Under the pieces are notes generated by a model. It had not been told where the DNA came from and did not search any database. It saw nothing but the letters and a program-made list of their open reading frames with translations. A stretch of 52,264 bases of DNA from assembly GCA_028286725.1 (NCBI GenBank), contig JAQBQZ010000003.1, positions 1-52,264 on the forward strand. Direction: 5' to 3'. The translations under genes and the position numbers were made by a program. The DNA is from Candidatus Tayloriibacteriota bacterium. Lineage in GTDB: Bacteria; Patescibacteriota; Minisyncoccia; Phycocordibacterales; CAIRYW01. Of this stretch, positions 7,894 to 17,273 are shown piece after piece (within the stretch, counting starts at the first letter, position 1; the number at the start of each line of letters is the position of its first letter).

Positions 7894-8382
7894 ATGACTA
7901 CGTATGTAGCGCTCATTCGTGGAATAATGCCGACAAACCCTAATATGAAAGGCGCAAGTCTCAAAACTGCATTCGAGATGTTGAATCTTGAGAATGTAAC
8001 GCCTGTTATTGCAAGTGGCAATATTGTATTTCAAAGTGATACAAAAGACATAACGAAACTTGAAGCGGAGTTAGAGAAAGTAATGGAGAAGAATCTTGGC
8101 TTTAAACGAGATGTAATCATTCGAAGTCAGGAAGATTTGGAGAGGCTTGTTAAAAAAGATCCATTCAAAAATATTGAAGATAAGAAACCGAACTATCTTG
8201 TGGTTACTTTTTTTAAAGATAGAAAAAAGGAATTGTGCGCTACTATCAAATTAACAGAAGGGAAGACGCCAGACTTTATGCGAGAGGTTGAGAAAAACTA
8301 TGGCAAGCAAATCACAACTCGCACCTGGAAAACGGTGGGACGGATTCTAAAAGCGATGGAGAAATTTGATAATAAAATATAA
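7894..8382 (+). CDS. DUF1697 family protein
   Basis: YVALIRGI...MK...L..AF..L.LENV..VIASGNIVF; C-terminal TTRTWKTV. Confidence 0.85.
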   Translation: MTTYVALIRGIMPTNPNMKGASLKTAFEMLNLENVTPVIASGNIVFQSDTKDITKLEAELEKVMEKNLGFKRDVIIRSQEDLERLVKKDPFKNIEDKKPNYLVVTFFKDRKKELCATIKLTEGKTPDFMREVEKNYGKQITTRTWKTVGRILKAMEKFDNKI

Positions 8383-8576
8383 AAACTCCCATAAGGCACC
8401 ATCTCAAAATACTATTTGACAGATATTATAATATGTGTTTATATCAGCATATTAAGTTCTTTATCAATTTTCCTTTGGCTGGGTCTTTTAGTTTCTAAAT
8501 TTTTGGAATCTGAAAGACCTAGCTACCAATTCTGGAGCTAATCAAAAAAACTCACGAATACGAAAGGAAAATTTGA

Positions 8577-9185
8577 ATGAATGTTTATATTGCTTTGGTA
8601 GGAATGATGATGGTCATTCTGCAGGGTGTGTTGGCTTATGCTGACGGATATTTCACTCGAGCACAACTATGGCGCTGTCATGGAGAGGAGAAAGCTTCCA
8701 GGGGATATGTCTTTTTGGAACATGGGGGAATGTGGTTTGATTTTCTTATTCTCTCACCTCTTGTTGCTCACATCGTGGGCTGCTACGAGTTGGCGTATGA
8801 TTCGTGGATGAGCATTATTCTGCTCACCGTATGCATTCTGTTCTCTTATAAATTAGGGACTGGATATACAGCGGTGAGCCTAAAAACTCCTGAGGCACAC
8901 GCTCACGACGGACACACAACTGTTGCGGGCTACATCCACGGAATGTATGCGATCTTGGCGATGTGGGTATTGGTGTTGTTTTATCTCACACCGACACAAC
9001 CTCAAGTTTCTAAAGCTGATCTCATCGTGACCTCTATCTTGCTGACACCTTTCTTTTTTGCGGGTGCAGCGAAGTGGAATCGTAGATGGTTCAAAAACTT
9101 TAGGAACGACAAGCCTGCTCAAATTCAGACAGCTGTCGGACCTGTGGTGGTGTGGATTGTGGCACTCGTCAAAATGGCACTATAG
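8577..9185 (+). CDS. Hypothetical integral membrane protein
   Basis: 202 aa, about 5-6 TM segments, several His/Glu; own promoter, leader hairpin and terminator. Confidence 0.75.
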   Translation: MNVYIALVGMMMVILQGVLAYADGYFTRAQLWRCHGEEKASRGYVFLEHGGMWFDFLILSPLVAHIVGCYELAYDSWMSIILLTVCILFSYKLGTGYTAVSLKTPEAHAHDGHTTVAGYIHGMYAILAMWVLVLFYLTPTQPQVSKADLIVTSILLTPFFFAGAAKWNRRWFKNFRNDKPAQIQTAVGPVVVWIVALVKMAL

Positions 9186-9398
9186 TCCAACCAACTTCGC
9201 TGAATCAATTGTAAATTTACACACCATAGGCTAGTCCTATGGTTTTTTATTTGTTTCAAATATTGACATAATATATTATATGTGATATTAATTATTTAGT
9301 TTGATTTTTTGAATAATATTTTGTGAAGACAGAAGACTGCTTTTAGGATGTAATAATTATTTCTTAAAAGCAGTCTTAAACCTAGCAAAAATATACTC

Positions 9399-9701
9399 AT
9401 GAAAGAAATTCGTACTTACTTGGATCTCACGCCAGGAAAGCCTCTTATCAAGATGGAGGTTGATGGCGTGACTTATGTCATGGTGCTGGTAAAAGGGGCC
9501 ATTGTGGCGGCCTCATCTGCTTCGCGACTTAGTGAACAGGGGTACATCAAGGAACCTTACCTTCTCGGTCTTGCTTTCGACTATGATAAAAGTGTCGAAA
9601 AGAGGGAGCTCGTTATTCATGATCAAACACCTACCGTTCCGGTTGGTCTGTATGTTCAGGAAAGCGATTACCCAGCTTTGGCCGACCTGTTCGACAGATA
9701 A
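9399..9701 (+). CDS. Hypothetical protein
   Basis: 100-aa ORF with TTGACA-N17-TATTAA promoter and downstream hairpin. Confidence 0.65.
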   Translation: MKEIRTYLDLTPGKPLIKMEVDGVTYVMVLVKGAIVAASSASRLSEQGYIKEPYLLGLAFDYDKSVEKRELVIHDQTPTVPVGLYVQESDYPALADLFDR

Positions 9702-9811
9702 GCATTTAGTCTCCCGGCTACACAAATTGGGACAGAGAGCGCAGACAAATGTCTGGCGCTTTTTTTATTATGCATTTGCCTCACATTTCTACATAAAGTA
9801 TAATTTCAAAT

Positions 9812-10195
9812 ATGTCAGTAAAAACTCAAAAAATATTGTCAGCGATCATTCTTGCAATTTTTGGATTTTATAATCTTTTTGTGGGTGTTCTTTTTGTTAT
9901 TACAATACAAAGCCCTCGAGGGGTATTATTCATTATTTCTGCTTTAGCGGCACTTCTCGGAATTCTTGGGATTAAAAATAAAAACAAATCATTTTTGTGG
10001 ATAGGTGTAGTTATCTCTGCAATTCAACTATTAAATGGTGCTTATTCTCTAATAGGTACAGTTATTTTCGGTACTGACGCATCGTTTGCTGGAAGTCTTT
10101 TTACTATTGTTGTATACCTTTTGCCAATCAGTCTTATGTACAAAATGATTAAGGGTAAACAAGGAAGATTGAACTGGCCGAGCTTCAAAATCTAA
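9812..10195 (+). CDS. Hypothetical four-TM membrane protein
   Basis: 127 aa, four hydrophobic segments. Confidence 0.7.
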   Translation: MSVKTQKILSAIILAIFGFYNLFVGVLFVITIQSPRGVLFIISALAALLGILGIKNKNKSFLWIGVVISAIQLLNGAYSLIGTVIFGTDASFAGSLFTIVVYLLPISLMYKMIKGKQGRLNWPSFKI

Positions 10196-10255
10196 ATAGC
10201 TTTTCAGACCCGAGTGCATCGATATGCGCTTATCGATCGTATATACTATGTAAAT

Positions 10256-11248
10256 ATGAAAAAAGTTAAAAAAGGGCATTATCTCATTGCTTGTATAGGA
10301 ACACTTGTTCTAGGTAGTTTTGTTGGTTGGTATGGGCGAGTGTGGTATGCGAGCACGTTGCCATCAAAACTTGTTGAAATAAGAGAAAATTCTGGCGCGT
10401 ATAATCTTATTAACCCTCTCTTGCTTGTAGATTCAAATAGACAGGCGCCGGACTTGGATTGGATGAAAAAGACAATCTCTGATTCTATAAATTCAAATAA
10501 AGATGCCGCGTTATCTGTGTCTGTATATTTTCGAGATCTGAATGCGGGCAAATGGACGGGTGTAAATGAGGATGGAATCTATGATCCGTCGAGTATGATG
10601 AAGGTTGCGGTGATGATGGGATATCTCAAAAAGGCTGACAGTGATCCGAGTATTTTGACTAAAAATTTAGATTATAAATACATGCTCGATTCTGGGCAGA
10701 ATTATCAGCCAGAGCATCCATTATCAAACGGCCCACATACTGTTGCAGAGATTATTCAGTCGATGATCATTGGATCTGATAATACTGCCATGGAAGTGCT
10801 CTACAATAATGACCGAGATGCATTTGTGAATGTGCTTAAAGAACTTAATATTCCACCCCCAGCCACCATTGATGATTTGGATTTTATTTCTCCAAAAAGT
10901 TATTCAGCTATATTTAGAACACTTTACAGCTCTACTTATCTTTCTCGAACGCTTTCTGAAAAAGCTTTAGAGCTTTTGACACTTCCTGAATTTAAAAATG
11001 GTTTGGTGGCAGGCGTGCCCAAAGATATTGTGGTAGCTCATAAATTCGGTGAGCATACAACCCTCATAAATGGCGCTTATGATTCGAGACAATTGCATGA
11101 TTGTGGAATCATTTATTATCCAGGTAATCCGTATCTTCTTTGTGTTATGACAAAGGGACAGGATTTTGATAAGGAAGCGTCTGTGATTGCTGGTATTTCA
11201 AAGGATGTCTATAACGCTGAAGTTCTCTATAACCCACTAAAAAAGTAA
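10256..11248 (+). CDS. Membrane-anchored serine hydrolase, class A beta-lactamase/PBP-like fold
   Basis: S-M-M-K (SxxK), SDN, H-K-F-G, HDCGII; N-terminal TM; start taken at MKKVKK (10256). Confidence 0.85.
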   Translation: MKKVKKGHYLIACIGTLVLGSFVGWYGRVWYASTLPSKLVEIRENSGAYNLINPLLLVDSNRQAPDLDWMKKTISDSINSNKDAALSVSVYFRDLNAGKWTGVNEDGIYDPSSMMKVAVMMGYLKKADSDPSILTKNLDYKYMLDSGQNYQPEHPLSNGPHTVAEIIQSMIIGSDNTAMEVLYNNDRDAFVNVLKELNIPPPATIDDLDFISPKSYSAIFRTLYSSTYLSRTLSEKALELLTLPEFKNGLVAGVPKDIVVAHKFGEHTTLINGAYDSRQLHDCGIIYYPGNPYLLCVMTKGQDFDKEASVIAGISKDVYNAEVLYNPLKK

Positions 11249-11362
11249 AATTTTGTAAGATATACACAGCAGAGAAAACTGCAAGGTGTATAATATATTT
11301 AGAACCAATCTCAAATTTTAGGATCGGTTCTTGTCGGATTACTAGATTAATAAAATTTTAGT

Positions 11363-11728
11363 ATGATAAAAAGACACATCAAATCAAACGGTTTGGAAAT
11401 GACAGATGCAGTAAAGGATTATTTGGAAAAGAAAATTACAGGAATTGAAAAGTTTGTAAAAAAGGCAGAAGATGCGATTGCGAGAGTAGAACTTGGACAA
11501 ACAACAAAACATCACAAAAAAGGAAACATTTTCCGCGCTGAAATCAATCTTGAATATGGCGATCATAAATTCAGAGCCGAAGCGACGACAGATGATCTCT
11601 ACAAATCTATCGATGCAGTCAAAGAGGAGATTGTGGCAGAAATCACAAAAGCAAATAAAAAAGGGAGAGTGATGCTCAAGAAAGGGAAGCAGAAGATCAA
11701 AGCGATAATAAAGAAAAATACTAAATAA
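11363..11728 (+). CDS. hpf: Ribosome hibernation factor (HPF/RaiA)
   Basis: LEMTDAVKDYLEKKI, FRAEINL, DLYKSID. Confidence 0.9.
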   Translation: MIKRHIKSNGLEMTDAVKDYLEKKITGIEKFVKKAEDAIARVELGQTTKHHKKGNIFRAEINLEYGDHKFRAEATTDDLYKSIDAVKEEIVAEITKANKKGRVMLKKGKQKIKAIIKKNTK

Positions 11729-11736
11729 TGAATAGT

Positions 11737-11767
11737 AAATGCACGGCGCCGTAGGCGCCGTGCATTT
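11737..11767. repeat. GCAC-type palindrome / bidirectional terminator
   Basis: AAATGCACGGCGCC-GTA-GGCGCCGTGCATTT. Confidence 0.75.
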
Positions 11768-11815
11768 TTTCTTCACTGCTGGCTTAGAGCTTTATTTTAT
11801 TGTATAAATATAGGC

Positions 11816-12343
11816 ATGGTAGCAATCGTTCAAAATGGTCACAAAACGCTCCGTGAAAAGGCAAAAGAAGTGCCAATTCACGAGATCGAAAGTAAAAAGA
11901 TTCAGAAAGTGATCCTGGATATGAAAAAAGCTCTCCTCTCACAAGATGATGGCGTGGCTATTGCTGCACCTCAGATTGGAGAGTCGCTTCGGATCTTTGT
12001 TGTGTCTGGACGAGCGTTTGATATTGGAACGGGAGATTATGAAGAAAACAAATCAATACCGATTGCAGATGATATTGTATTTATAAATCCAGTCATCACC
12101 AAACTTTCTCGCGACAAAGAAGAAATGGATGAAGGATGTCTCTCTGTTCGATATCTCTATGGCAAAGTCAAAAGATCAAAGAAAGCATCTATCGAAGCGT
12201 ATGATGAAAACGGTAAGAAATTCAAGCGTGGAGCGTCAGGATTATTAGCGCAGATATTCCAACATGAGACCGATCATCTCGATGCTGTGCTGTTTATAGA
12301 CAAAGCAAAAGATATTGTAAACTTACCGCCAAAGAACGATTAG
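11816..12343 (+). CDS. def: Peptide deformylase
   Basis: GVAIAAPQIG, EGCLSV, QHETDHL. Confidence 0.97.
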   Translation: MVAIVQNGHKTLREKAKEVPIHEIESKKIQKVILDMKKALLSQDDGVAIAAPQIGESLRIFVVSGRAFDIGTGDYEENKSIPIADDIVFINPVITKLSRDKEEMDEGCLSVRYLYGKVKRSKKASIEAYDENGKKFKRGASGLLAQIFQHETDHLDAVLFIDKAKDIVNLPPKND

Positions 12344-12376
12344 TATTCTTTCTCAAAATTTCTAAATAAAATAAAA

Positions 12377-13282
12377 ATGAATCCAATCTCACAACAAAGC
12401 GAGCCTATAAATTCTCAAAACTCTTTTGTATTCTTTGGCAGCTCGCCCATTTCTGTCGCATCTTTGAACTCTCTTCGTGATGCAGGGTATATGCCGAATC
12501 TCATCATCACGCAGCCTGATAAGCCACAGGGAAGACACCTGAAGCTTGTTCCATCTCCGGTCAAAGTCTGGGCAATAGAAAACAGGGTAGAATATTTAAC
12601 TCCAGGAGATATAAAAAGCAGTGAATTGTTTGGAGAAATAAAAAAAGTGGGAGCAAATGTGGGAGTGCTTGTCTCATATGGCGAGATGATCCCTCATTCA
12701 CTGCTTGATGTTTTTCCAAAAGGAATTCTTAACTTGCATCCTTCGCTTTTGCCAAAACTTCGTGGACCGTCTCCAATTGAAACCGCGATCTTGAATGATA
12801 TGAAAGATAGGATCGGAGTTACTGTAATGCTTCTTGATGATGAGATGGATCATGGTCCAATAATTGCACAAAGAATCGTTGCGATAGAAAATTGGGCGCC
12901 AAAGAAAAGCGAATTATACGAAATTCTTTCAGCTGAAGGGGGAAAGCTTCTCGCAGAAGCTCTACCGAAATGGGTAGATGGAACTATTACGCCAAAAGTT
13001 CAGGATCATCAGGGTGCGACCTATTCTTCAATGATCGAGAAAAAGCATGGACTCCTGGATCTCAGTGATGATGCGTACAAAAATCTCCTGAAGATCAAAG
13101 CGTACGAAGATTGGCCAGGTACATATTTTTTTGTAAAACATCATGACAAAGATATTCGCGTAAAGATCACAGATGCGGATCTTGTAGATGGAAAGCTTGA
13201 AATTAAGAAAGTAGTGCCAGAAGGAAAGAAAGAAATGAGTTATGCAGATTTTTTGAGAGGGCACGGAGGTTTACAGAATTAA
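12377..13282 (+). CDS. fmt: Methionyl-tRNA formyltransferase
   Basis: ITQPDKPQGR, NLHPSLLPKLRGPSPI, MDHGPII; follows def. Confidence 0.95.
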   Translation: MNPISQQSEPINSQNSFVFFGSSPISVASLNSLRDAGYMPNLIITQPDKPQGRHLKLVPSPVKVWAIENRVEYLTPGDIKSSELFGEIKKVGANVGVLVSYGEMIPHSLLDVFPKGILNLHPSLLPKLRGPSPIETAILNDMKDRIGVTVMLLDDEMDHGPIIAQRIVAIENWAPKKSELYEILSAEGGKLLAEALPKWVDGTITPKVQDHQGATYSSMIEKKHGLLDLSDDAYKNLLKIKAYEDWPGTYFFVKHHDKDIRVKITDADLVDGKLEIKKVVPEGKKEMSYADFLRGHGGLQN

Positions 13283-13286
13283 GTAT

Positions 13287-13317
13287 AAATGCACCGTGGC
13301 TACGCCACGGTGCATTT
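13287..13317. repeat. GCAC-type palindrome / bidirectional terminator between convergent fmt and priA
   Basis: AAATGCACCGTGGC-TAC-GCCACGGTGCATTT. Confidence 0.8.
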
Positions 13318-13348
13318 AGCTTTGGCCTTTTAGGCTTGCGACTTTTGA

Positions 13349-15244
13349 CTATAAAAGACTCGCCGGACTCGCATCAATTTTTACATTCGGCGGAAAAGTA
13401 AGAAGAATATCGAGAAGCTCCTTGTTTGGCCACTCTTCCTTTCCAAGTTTGATAATAATATTTAGAATAATATTTTTATTTCTTGATTTGATAAATGCAG
13501 GGAAAATAACAGGATTATATTTTTTGATCTTAGTAATGATTTGTTCTGCGTCGAGTTTGATCTGATCCTTCTTGCCTTCGATCGAGAGTTTGATGATATG
13601 TTTAAAAGGTGCATATCCAAATGTCTCTCGAGCCTTAATCTCTTCGTTTGCAAACCCTTCCAAGTCGCCCGAAAGTGCTTGTTCTATAACCTTATTTTTG
13701 AGGTTTCGAGCTTGAATGAGGATCATTTCTTTGGTCTTTGATTTAAGGTCGAGAATTATATGCATTATCCGTTCACTTGTTCGAAAATCAGGAAGTGAAA
13801 GGAGACTATCGAGCGACGTGATCGCAGAAAAATCAACGGAATAATCCTCGAGATATCTAATTCCAAGATCAGTTGTTACGAGCACATTTCCTGTTTTATA
13901 AAATGTTTCCATTTTATTTTTGATTTCTTTTGCAGTTTTCGAATTGTCGCTATCTATTCGAATAACACTAGCTCCATTAATTGCTTTGATTTCTTCTTCT
14001 ATTTTTTCGATACCGATACCGAGCGGAACAAAGTTCCAGCTATTACAAACTTTACAGTTTTCGTCTGCGTCTTTGCTTTTGCCGCAGTGATGACAAATAA
14101 ATATTCGCTTGTCGGAAATTGTATGGAGTACAAATGGACTCTCGCAGATGTCACAAAGTACTGTGGTGCCACAGTCATTACAGACTGTCTGGGATGCGAC
14201 TCCGCGCCTAGTTGCATAAAGAAGTATTTTTTTACTGCTTTTGATTCCGTATTCGATCATCTCTCGGAGATCTGAACTTAGAACTTCAAACTTCTTTTTC
14301 TCTCCCTCTTTTGGCTTGGTATCAACAAGGAGTGTCTGGATCTTCCGGGCAGTTCTCTTTTCGATCCGTGCATATTCGACAATCCTAGCTTCACGCATCT
14401 CCGCAAGAGTCTGTACGCTCAAAAGCTTGTCTCCAAATATGAGCCGGGCTCCTAGCTCTTTTGCGATTTCTTTGGCTGATACGCGAGTATCAAGAAATGG
14501 TCGCTTCTTGTTCTTATAAAACGCTGAAGATTCCTCTTCGAGAATAATGGTGCCTACAGAATGATTAAGAAGTGAAAGCATATATGCGGTGCCAATAAAA
14601 AGCTCTGCATGTTTTTTGGTGTTAATTGATTTTGAGAATTCTTCGAGATTTTTCTTTGAATTAGGATTGTGGAGCGTGACTGTGTATTCAATAATTCCTT
14701 TTGAGAGAAGCTCTTTCATTTCACTTATTCTCTCTATGGTAGGGCAGATGATCGCGATTGATTTTTTCTTTGCGAATGATTCTCTGATGAGGCTTCGGTA
14801 TGTGTCCATTCGAGCTTCGTTGTGGAGCTGGACTGCAAGCACCTCAAGTGAAATTTCTTTGTTCAGTCTTTGCTTCACAGCGCCACTTTCTCTTTGGAAA
14901 AATATTTTTGGATTTTCAAAACAAATTTTTGGCACGAGTGATGCGAGTGTGCTTCCGATGCTTGTTGCAGAGTGTATCGATATTTTTTCAGCAGCATTCA
15001 TGAGAAATTCTGGCAGTGCAACTTTGTTATCAAAATCAACAATCTTTTTGATTGTGAATTTCATATCTTTGATCGCAGATTTGTTCTGCATTGCATCGAG
15101 TGACTCGAGCACGATCCCCGGCACCTCTTTTTTGCGAAGGGGAATGGTAACGAGCGATCCTGCGACAATATCTTTTGTCGAAAAGTAGGTAAGCGTCTCC
15201 TTGCGGATGCCTCGAGCTATGGGGACTATGGATAAGAGTCTCAT
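13349..15244 (-). CDS. priA: Primosomal protein N' (PriA), helicase motifs degenerate
   Basis: N-terminal 3'-DNA-binding domain (LTY...G.LV.IPLRKK), four CxxC, LLSLPDFRTSER, GYAPF; no recognisable Walker A/DEAH. Confidence 0.85.
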   Translation of the reverse strand: MRLLSIVPIARGIRKETLTYFSTKDIVAGSLVTIPLRKKEVPGIVLESLDAMQNKSAIKDMKFTIKKIVDFDNKVALPEFLMNAAEKISIHSATSIGSTLASLVPKICFENPKIFFQRESGAVKQRLNKEISLEVLAVQLHNEARMDTYRSLIRESFAKKKSIAIICPTIERISEMKELLSKGIIEYTVTLHNPNSKKNLEEFSKSINTKKHAELFIGTAYMLSLLNHSVGTIILEEESSAFYKNKKRPFLDTRVSAKEIAKELGARLIFGDKLLSVQTLAEMREARIVEYARIEKRTARKIQTLLVDTKPKEGEKKKFEVLSSDLREMIEYGIKSSKKILLYATRRGVASQTVCNDCGTTVLCDICESPFVLHTISDKRIFICHHCGKSKDADENCKVCNSWNFVPLGIGIEKIEEEIKAINGASVIRIDSDNSKTAKEIKNKMETFYKTGNVLVTTDLGIRYLEDYSVDFSAITSLDSLLSLPDFRTSERIMHIILDLKSKTKEMILIQARNLKNKVIEQALSGDLEGFANEEIKARETFGYAPFKHIIKLSIEGKKDQIKLDAEQIITKIKKYNPVIFPAFIKSRNKNIILNIIIKLGKEEWPNKELLDILLTFPPNVKIDASPASLL

Positions 15245-15505
15245 CCCGCTTAGAAAAGGTTAGCAATTGCTTCTAATAAATTTTCATCTCTTTTGTTCAT
15301 ATATTTTGATAGATTTTGATTTGGTCACAGATTCGCTTTTCTAACGGGACAAGTAACTATATTGTCGCAGAAAATAGGAGAAATGTGGAGATATTGACTT
15401 ATAGATAATTTTATGTTTAAGTTAAATTAACTTGATCTTTGAGAATGTTGTGTGGCTTTACCATCTACATTTTGATCACAATTCATCCTTAAAAAATAAA
15501 AAGAT

Positions 15506-15802
15506 ATGGAAAAGGTATTGATTCAATTGCGCTGGAAAACACCTGGACAAGAGAGTAAAGTGCAGGCTCAATTTTTGGTAACTGATTTACCAGACGGTAT
15601 CGTCCCGGGGGATACGATTTCTTTTGTATTAGATTCTTGGAGGTGGACATTTAAGGTCTTGACTCGAATCTGGCGGCAGGACAGATTGTTGACTTATGAG
15701 TGTGATTTGGGACTCATTTTCGATCGGCATACGGAAAAACTTTCGAAACTAAAAGTTGGGGAAGATGGTGACATCGACTTGTTTCCAGACCAAAAATGGT
15801 AA
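15506..15802 (+). CDS. Hypothetical protein (mini-cassette)
   Basis: 98-aa ORF with TTGACT promoter, boxA-like GATCTTTGAGAA and terminator CCAGGTCTCGC-TTTT-GCGGGACCTGG. Confidence 0.65.
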   Translation: MEKVLIQLRWKTPGQESKVQAQFLVTDLPDGIVPGDTISFVLDSWRWTFKVLTRIWRQDRLLTYECDLGLIFDRHTEKLSKLKVGEDGDIDLFPDQKW

Positions 15803-15895
15803 TTTCAACAACTTCGCTCTCTACACCAGGTCTCGCTTTTGCGGGACCTGGTTTTTTTTGTTTATAAATCAGATTTTAGTTTCTAGGTATTGGAA

Positions 15896-17227
15896 CTAAC
15901 TTACTGAGATTTTCGCACCTAATTTGTTTAGTCTGTCTGCAAGATCTTCGTATCCACGACTGATCGAATAGACATTTCGAAGTATTGAAGTACCTTTGGC
16001 TGCAAGCATTCCGATAAGAATGATTGCTGCGGGACGAAGTGCGGGCGGAGTAACCATGTCCGCTGCTCTCAGCTTTGTTTGTCCTTTGATATAGACTCGA
16101 TGCGGATCAGCAAGAATGATACTTGCTCCAAGTTTTTCAAGTTCCGTATAATAGATTGCTCTATTTTCATATACCCAGTCGTGTATAAATGTTTCGCCTT
16201 CAGCTTGAGTTGCAATGACCGCAAAGAAGGGGAGATTGTCCATGTTAATTCCTGGATATGGAATAGCATGAATTTTTTCTGGAAGCGCTTTGAGGTTCGA
16301 TGGTTCTGTTTGAATATCTACGAGATTAACAAATCCGTTTTCACCTTTGTAGACTTTGCTTTGCCTATATTTAAATCCCATCATCTTGAGTTTCAAAAGT
16401 TCAAGCTCAAGAAAATCAATAGGGCATTTCTTTATCAAAATTGAAGATTTAGTGACGATCGCTGACGTGAAGAAAAACATAGCTTCTATAGGATCTTCGC
16501 TTATTTCAAAAGTAACATCTCGATTTACTTCTTTTACTCCGTGAATAATGAGGGTTGATGTGCCGATACCTTCAATTTTTACTCCCAAAGTCTCGAGGAA
16601 ATGACAAAGGTCTTGCACCATATAGTTTGATGATGCGAATTTTATTGTAGAAACACCGTCAATCTTTGATGCTGCCATAAGTGCATTCTCTGTTACGGTG
16701 TCTCCCATTTCGTATAATACAAATTCACTCGGTCTAAGTTTTTTATTTTTGATTATATATTTATCGCTTTCTGTTTCGATAGATACACCAAAATTTTCAA
16801 GCGCATAAAAATGTGGAGAGACGATACGACTTCCGAGTTTGCACCCTCCTGCATTCGGGATCTCAAATTTTTTGAAAAGATGAATAAGAGGACCTATCAT
16901 CATAATGACAGTTCGAGTTTTTTCCGCAGAATCTCTGTTTATGTTTTTGAGATTTATTTTGCCCACATTGATGACGAGATCTTCATTCTTCCATTCTGTT
17001 TTGACTCCAATACTTTCAAAGACCTCAAGTATTCGAAAGACCTCTTCTATTTTTGGGATCTTTTTCAAAGTTGTTGTGCCGGCGTTGAGGAGTGATGCGC
17101 AGAGGACAGCGACACTGGCATTTTTGGACTTTTTGATCTCAATTTCACCTTTGAGTTTATGCCCGCCAACAATTGTGAAGTCTAATGTCTTTGGAGATTC
17201 TTCTATTTTTAGTGCTTTTTTCTGCAT
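15896..17227 (-). CDS. murA: UDP-N-acetylglucosamine 1-carboxyvinyltransferase
   Basis: KSKNA, AGGCKLGSR (catalytic Cys), PYPGINMD, YENR, RGYEDL; start taken at MQKK (17227), divergent from mreB. Confidence 0.95.
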   Translation of the reverse strand: MQKKALKIEESPKTLDFTIVGGHKLKGEIEIKKSKNASVAVLCASLLNAGTTTLKKIPKIEEVFRILEVFESIGVKTEWKNEDLVINVGKINLKNINRDSAEKTRTVIMMIGPLIHLFKKFEIPNAGGCKLGSRIVSPHFYALENFGVSIETESDKYIIKNKKLRPSEFVLYEMGDTVTENALMAASKIDGVSTIKFASSNYMVQDLCHFLETLGVKIEGIGTSTLIIHGVKEVNRDVTFEISEDPIEAMFFFTSAIVTKSSILIKKCPIDFLELELLKLKMMGFKYRQSKVYKGENGFVNLVDIQTEPSNLKALPEKIHAIPYPGINMDNLPFFAVIATQAEGETFIHDWVYENRAIYYTELEKLGASIILADPHRVYIKGQTKLRAADMVTPPALRPAAIILIGMLAAKGTSILRNVYSISRGYEDLADRLNKLGAKISVS

Positions 17228-17273
17228 TTCGAAAAGTATAGCATAATTTGTTTTTCCAATATATACTCTATCT

